Of a stretch of DNA of 32,538 nucleotides, positions 27,875 to 32,538 are shown piece by piece. Position 1 is the first letter of the stretch; every line of letters begins with the position of its first letter. The stretch comes from an uncultured Thermoplasmatales archaeon. GTDB taxonomy: Archaea; Thermoplasmatota; E2; DHVEG-1. The translations under genes and the position numbers were made by a program. The DNA lies in NCBI GenBank assembly GCA_964517155.1, contig CAZFAZ010000056.1, positions 1 through 32,538 of the forward strand, written 5' to 3'. The notes beneath the pieces are model-generated. The model was not told the origin of the DNA, made no database searches, and saw only the letters and a list, made by a program, of their open reading frames with translations.

Positions 27875-29077
27875 TTATTCGTTGTCAGCAAGCACAACAT
27901 CCAAAAGTTGTTCTCTGATTTTACGACGTGCTGAAATAGTACGTAGCCAATCAGGTATACGTGTTCCAACAGGTTTTCGCAGATAACTTGTGCCTGAATT
28001 CATTATCTGCTGGCTAAACTTTTCAACCATGGTTTCTTCAAGGTGTCTATCATATTTTAAATTGTTAAAATGTGCATCAGCATGATATTTACGAATAATA
28101 TCACGTGCATATCTAACATATAAAACTCTGAGGGTGATAAGTGTTTCTTTTGATATTTCTACATGGTCTTCTTCAATTAAAACACGCAGTAGTGTTTTTA
28201 ATATATCTCCAGTCATTTTAGTAAGCCCTTTTTCATTGCTGTCCCCTATTTTTTGATGTTTATGATCATAAAAGCCTAAATCTGTCTGGCATATACTTTT
28301 TAATGCAACGTTTCTGTACATTTCAGACATAATTCCTATCTCAAGACCCCAGTCACCGGGTAAATCTACATCACGTGCAAGATCACTTGTAAGTGCAAAT
28401 TCTCCAGAGATAGGATACCTGAAAGACCGCAGAAAGCGTAAGAAATCTGTTTCATGGCCTATAGTATCTACAAAAGCGCGAAGTAAAGGATGTAAAAACA
28501 ATCTAAAAACTCGTCCATAGATTATTTGTTTTTGTAGATTTACCCGTGCGTAATATCCTTTGTTAAACTTAAAATCTAATTCTGGCTCAATTATGGGATA
28601 CAAAAGTTTTGTTGGAATCATTTCATCATAATGTAAAACATCTGCATCATGAAGAGCGATGCCATATGAATCAATACTTGCAATACCCATGGCAAGCCAT
28701 ACGTCACGGCCTTTGCCCTTATATTTTAAAAGATTAATTCCATCGTTTCGTAGTTCATTTAATAGTTTTTCTACTTTTGGGCCGTTGCACCACATTATAA
28801 TTTTAGGAATTTCAAGTTTTTTAAAGAAACGTTTAACATGTTCAAATTCTTGCTGTTCTTTTGCTGCAAGTGGAATTACAACTTCTTTTAGATACGTGCA
28901 TTTGTTAAGACCTGTTACAATATTTTTAAGTGCATCACTTTTTACTTCTCTGTAAAGCATTGGAAGTATAACTGAAACAGGGCGTTCTTGTGCAGCGTCA
29001 GCAACACTCTTCATAAGTTTTTTTTTATCTATGCAAAGTTCATGAAGAGTAGTTATTTCATCCTGTTTTATATCCAA
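27875..29077 (-). CDS. Glucosyl-3-phosphoglycerate synthase-like glycosyltransferase
   Basis: TTG start with SD GAGGTGA. GKGRDVW, HDAD, KGYYAR, YGRV.RL, YPISGEF, DWGLEIG and YDHKHQ motifs. Confidence 0.8.
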   Translation of the reverse strand: MDIKQDEITTLHELCIDKKKLMKSVADAAQERPVSVILPMLYREVKSDALKNIVTGLNKCTYLKEVVIPLAAKEQQEFEHVKRFFKKLEIPKIIMWCNGPKVEKLLNELRNDGINLLKYKGKGRDVWLAMGIASIDSYGIALHDADVLHYDEMIPTKLLYPIIEPELDFKFNKGYYARVNLQKQIIYGRVFRLFLHPLLRAFVDTIGHETDFLRFLRSFRYPISGEFALTSDLARDVDLPGDWGLEIGIMSEMYRNVALKSICQTDLGFYDHKHQKIGDSNEKGLTKMTGDILKTLLRVLIEEDHVEISKETLITLRVLYVRYARDIIRKYHADAHFNNLKYDRHLEETMVEKFSQQIMNSGTSYLRKPVGTRIPDWLRTISARRKIREQLLDVVLADNE

Positions 29078-29088
29078 ATTATATCACC

Positions 29089-29736
29089 TCATATATATTC
29101 TAATAATGTGTTCATATCACTAGTTATAACATCAGCATATTTGTTGACTTTGTCAGTTGCTTTAAATGCTACGCCTAGACCTGCTGTTTTTATCATGCCG
29201 ATATCAACAATTCCGTCGCCAACAGCAATTGATTCATCAACAGATATTTTTAAGTTTTTGCAGAGTTCTGTAAGTTTTTGTTCTTTACAAATCGAATAAG
29301 TATTTTCTGTTAAATCACTGATAAGTTCTTTATTGTTTATTTTAAGTTCACCTGTTATAACATCTTCCTCTATTATAAGGTTATTGGCAAAAGCAAAATC
29401 GATTTTTAGTCGTTTTTTCAAATCTTCTGCAAGAAACAAATAACTATCTGTGGCAATTGCAGTTTTAATATTTTTTTCGTTTAAAGTTTGAATAACTTTT
29501 TCTACATTGTCTTGTAATGGTACACTGCGAAAAATATTAAGAAATTCCTTTTTTGTAAAACCTTTGCATAGTTGTGCGATTTCAATACTTTTTTTGTAAA
29601 AAGGTATGTTTTTTTTGTTTTTAAAATAGTTTAATAATTCATTATAAAAACCTAGTTTTTCAGCGATTACAAAAATGCCTCTTCCGTTGAGTAGTGTTCC
29701 ATCCATGTCAAACATTACTAGTTTATATCTGCTCAT
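29089..29736 (-). CDS. HAD-superfamily phosphatase (phosphoserine phosphatase-like)
   Basis: FDMDGTL motif I, ATD, CKE and VGDGIVD motif IV. First gene of the glycosyltransferase operon; ATG 29769 is an alternative start. Confidence 0.88.
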   Translation of the reverse strand: MSRYKLVMFDMDGTLLNGRGIFVIAEKLGFYNELLNYFKNKKNIPFYKKSIEIAQLCKGFTKKEFLNIFRSVPLQDNVEKVIQTLNEKNIKTAIATDSYLFLAEDLKKRLKIDFAFANNLIIEEDVITGELKINNKELISDLTENTYSICKEQKLTELCKNLKISVDESIAVGDGIVDIGMIKTAGLGVAFKATDKVNKYADVITSDMNTLLEYI

Positions 29737-29829
29737 TTTGTGACACCATCTTTGTATGCTTAAATACAAGTTTTTTTAAAAGTCTTTACCAAAATCAAAT
29801 AAATAAAAAACATATTCAGAGAAGATACT

Positions 29830-31467
29830 ATGCCAGTTGTAACATTTGATTATAATGATTTCCTAAATTTATTAGGATATAAGATATCAAAAGAAGAATT
29901 ACTTGAAAAACTGCCTATGATAGGTGCAGATCTTGATAGGGTAGAAGGTGATGAGATTAGTATAGAGTTTTTCCCTGACCGGCCTGATCTTGCCTCTGTT
30001 GAGGGAATTGCACGTGCATCTCGTGCTTTTTTTGATTTTAAAACTGGGTTAAAAAAATATGATGTCAAAAAATCAGATGTTGTAATTACTGTTGATTCTA
30101 GTGTTAAAAAAGTAAGGCCTTTTGTTGTAACAGCTCTTGTTAAAAATGTTTCAATGACTGATGAATTGATAAAATCCTTAATGGAACTGCAGGAAAAACT
30201 TCATATGGGTCTTGGTCGTAACCGTAAAAAGGTAGCAATTGGTGTACATAATTTTGAACCTGTTACTCCGCCTTTTATTTATAAAGCAGTTGATCCTGAC
30301 TCAGTGCAGTTTGTACCTTTGAATAAAGTGGAATCGATGACTCTTACTCAGATTCTTGAAAAACATGAGAAAGGTGTAGATTATGCTCATATACTAAAGG
30401 ATTTTGATAAGCATCCTTTGATTGTTGATATAAATAATAATGTTCTTTCTTATCCTCCTATTATTAATGGTAGTCTAACTGAAGTTACACCTTTTACAAC
30501 TGATATTTTTATTGATGTTACAGGTAATGATAAAAAAGCGATAAATTACGCATTAAATATTGTTGTTACCGCTCTTGCAGAGAGAGGTGGAAAAATTTAT
30601 TCTACAACTGTAAAAGATGGCTCTGAAACATTTACTACTCCTCAGATAAACCCTGTTAAAATGAGTCTTTCTCTGGATTATGTAAATAAAATCCTTGGGA
30701 CAATTTTAGGTGCAGATGATGTTATAAAATCTCTTAAAAAACTTGGTTATAATGCAACAGAAAAATCAAAAAACGAGCTAAATGTTTTTATACCTGCGTA
30801 TAGAGCAGATATTCTTCATGAAATCGATCTTGTAGAAGACGTTGCAAAAGGTTATGGTTATGAAAACTTTGATTTAGAGTTTTCAAAGGCTCTTACTTTT
30901 GGTAAAAAACTTGCTTCTCAGCAGTTTCATGATGCACTTAGAACCATAATGATAGGTCTTGGTTTTAATGAAGTTACAACTTTTACAATTAGCAATGATA
31001 AAGATGAGTTTGAAAAAATAGGGCTTAAAAAAGAGACTTGTGTTGAAATTCAAAATCCTATTGGTGAAGAGTTTTCTTGTCTGCGTGTAGGTCTTATCTC
31101 ATCACTTCTTAAGATTTTAAATGAAAATAGGCATCATCCTCTTCCTCAGCAGATTTTTGAGCTTGGAGCCGTAGTTAATCAAGAATTTAGAAACAAGTTT
31201 AAACTAGGTTTTGTAAAAATAGATGCAAAAGCAAATTTTACAGAATGTAAATCTCTTGTCGAAGCAGTTATGCGAGATGCAGGTATTGCTTATGAAATTA
31301 AAGATTATGCTCATCCTGGTTTTGTAAAAGGTAGATGTGCATCAGTTGTTGTAGTGGGTAAAAACGTTGGTTTCTTTGGTGAGCTTCATCCTCAGACGAT
31401 TTCAAATTTTGAACTGGAGCATCCAATTATCGCATTTGAAATTGATGCAGATCTTTTGCATCAATAA
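29830..31467 (+). CDS. pheT: Phenylalanine-tRNA ligase beta subunit
   Basis: PDRPDLASVEGIARA, QEKLH...GRNRKKVAIGVH, PPIING, YRADILHEIDLVEDVA and GELHP motifs. Confidence 0.97.
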   Translation: MPVVTFDYNDFLNLLGYKISKEELLEKLPMIGADLDRVEGDEISIEFFPDRPDLASVEGIARASRAFFDFKTGLKKYDVKKSDVVITVDSSVKKVRPFVVTALVKNVSMTDELIKSLMELQEKLHMGLGRNRKKVAIGVHNFEPVTPPFIYKAVDPDSVQFVPLNKVESMTLTQILEKHEKGVDYAHILKDFDKHPLIVDINNNVLSYPPIINGSLTEVTPFTTDIFIDVTGNDKKAINYALNIVVTALAERGGKIYSTTVKDGSETFTTPQINPVKMSLSLDYVNKILGTILGADDVIKSLKKLGYNATEKSKNELNVFIPAYRADILHEIDLVEDVAKGYGYENFDLEFSKALTFGKKLASQQFHDALRTIMIGLGFNEVTTFTISNDKDEFEKIGLKKETCVEIQNPIGEEFSCLRVGLISSLLKILNENRHHPLPQQIFELGAVVNQEFRNKFKLGFVKIDAKANFTECKSLVEAVMRDAGIAYEIKDYAHPGFVKGRCASVVVVGKNVGFFGELHPQTISNFELEHPIIAFEIDADLLHQ

Positions 31468-31504
31468 CCTTTTTATTTTGTAGTTATTCCCTGTTTTTAT
31501 TAAA

Positions 31505-32419
31505 ATGACTAAGATTTGTAGTAAATGCAAGAGTCCATCTGTTACTTATATCAGGTATAACGGCACTCATTTGTGCAGTGATCATTTTATTCAGTATTTT
31601 GAAAAACGAGTTAAAAAAGACCTTAAAAAACAAGGTAAAACTCAGGGTCCTGCAAAGATAGGTGTTGCGGTATCTGGTGGTAAAGATAGTATAGTTTTGC
31701 TTCATATGATGCATAATATTTTTTCAGAGAGATCTGATGTTAAAGTTGTTTGTATAACAGTTGATGAAGGAATTAAAGGATATAGAGATAAAAGCTTAAG
31801 TTATGTTAAAGATAATTGTAAACTTTTAGATGTTGATTTTCATCTTGTATCTTTTAAAGATTTAGTAGGTTTTACAATGGATGAAATAGCTGCAAAAAAA
31901 GATGAACTTGGTGAATGCAGCTATTGCGGTGTCTTCAGAAGACTTTGTCTGAATCAGAAAGCAAAAGAACTTGGTGTTACAAAGCTTGCGACAGGTCATA
32001 ATCTTGATGATATGGCTCAATCTATTCTTATGAACTTTGTAAATGGCGATATGAAAAAATTAGCTCGTCTCGGCCCACATGTAAAGGTTCAACCTGGTCT
32101 TATCCCTCGTATTATGCCTCTGCGCAGTATTCCTGAGAAAGAAAACATGTTATATGCAATTTTAAGAAATCTGAAGTTTCATGATGCAGAGTGTCCTTAT
32201 TCTGCAAGGGCTCTAAGAGGTAGTTTTAGAGATATAGTGGATACTCTTGAGTATCAGACTCCTGGAACACGTCATGGTATACTCAACAGTTATGATTCAA
32301 TAAAAGATCTGCTTTTACAACAGTATCCACCTGCAAATTTAAGTAAATGCAAAAACTGTGATGAGCCTACAAGTCAAGAGTTTTGTAAAGTATGTCTTCT
32401 TAAAAAAAGAATAAGTTAA
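31505..32419 (+). CDS. tRNA 2-thiolation protein (TtuA/NcsA/Ctu1 family)
   Basis: N-terminal CxxC...CxxH, PP-loop SGGKDS, CSYCGVFRR, TGHNLDD, CPY and C-terminal CxxC...CxxC. Confidence 0.92.
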   Translation: MTKICSKCKSPSVTYIRYNGTHLCSDHFIQYFEKRVKKDLKKQGKTQGPAKIGVAVSGGKDSIVLLHMMHNIFSERSDVKVVCITVDEGIKGYRDKSLSYVKDNCKLLDVDFHLVSFKDLVGFTMDEIAAKKDELGECSYCGVFRRLCLNQKAKELGVTKLATGHNLDDMAQSILMNFVNGDMKKLARLGPHVKVQPGLIPRIMPLRSIPEKENMLYAILRNLKFHDAECPYSARALRGSFRDIVDTLEYQTPGTRHGILNSYDSIKDLLLQQYPPANLSKCKNCDEPTSQEFCKVCLLKKRIS

Positions 32420-32538
32420 GCCTTAAATTTATTTTAAAAAAGTTTTTATTCAGGTTTAACCCAATTTAAAATAAAAATTTAAGAGTTCACTTAAATTGAC
32501 GATTTGGTTTATAAAAAAGGAATTTTTTTATTAAACAA

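Noticed and set aside
29944..29955. GAAGGTGATGAG in pheT resembling a target of candidate sRNA 2
   Set aside because: An 11/12 purine-rich match inside coding sequence, plausible by chance.
4307..30068. Short ORFs antisense to or out of frame within recognised genes (e.g. 4307..4636, 5530..5751, 10151..10495, 22690..22959, 28659..28955)
   Set aside because: Shadow ORFs with no recognisable motifs, overlapping well-supported genes.

Overview
This is an AT-rich archaeal chromosomal window. The archaeal assignment rests on RFC-L with a PIP box, aIF2-beta/gamma, S6e, Lsm, an intron-containing tRNA-Met and BRE-TATA promoters. Gene content suggests Thermoplasmatota, possibly an MBG-D/DHVEG-1-like lineage (inference). 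Housekeeping genes include rfcL, pyrH, cdrS-ftsZ, translation factors, pheT, a tRNA thiolase and three tRNAs. Metabolic loci include hutU/hutH/hisC, a glucosylglycerate-type operon and a cluster of three UbiA prenyltransferases with CrtC-like and CrtI-like genes. A 1.1-kb non-autonomous IS903-like element with a 9-bp target duplication carries a lipoprotein gene. The most striking unexplained signal is a ~71-nt stem-closed element (20148-20218) directly after the Lsm gene, with its own BRE-TATA and T-run. It is complementary over 11+6+18 nt to the cdrS-ftsZ intercistronic mRNA 15 kb away and skips exactly a 30-nt hairpin in that target. This is a candidate Lsm-linked trans-acting sRNA controlling cell division. 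A second element of similar architecture lies at 17249-17320. All calls come from reading the sequence; no searches were run.
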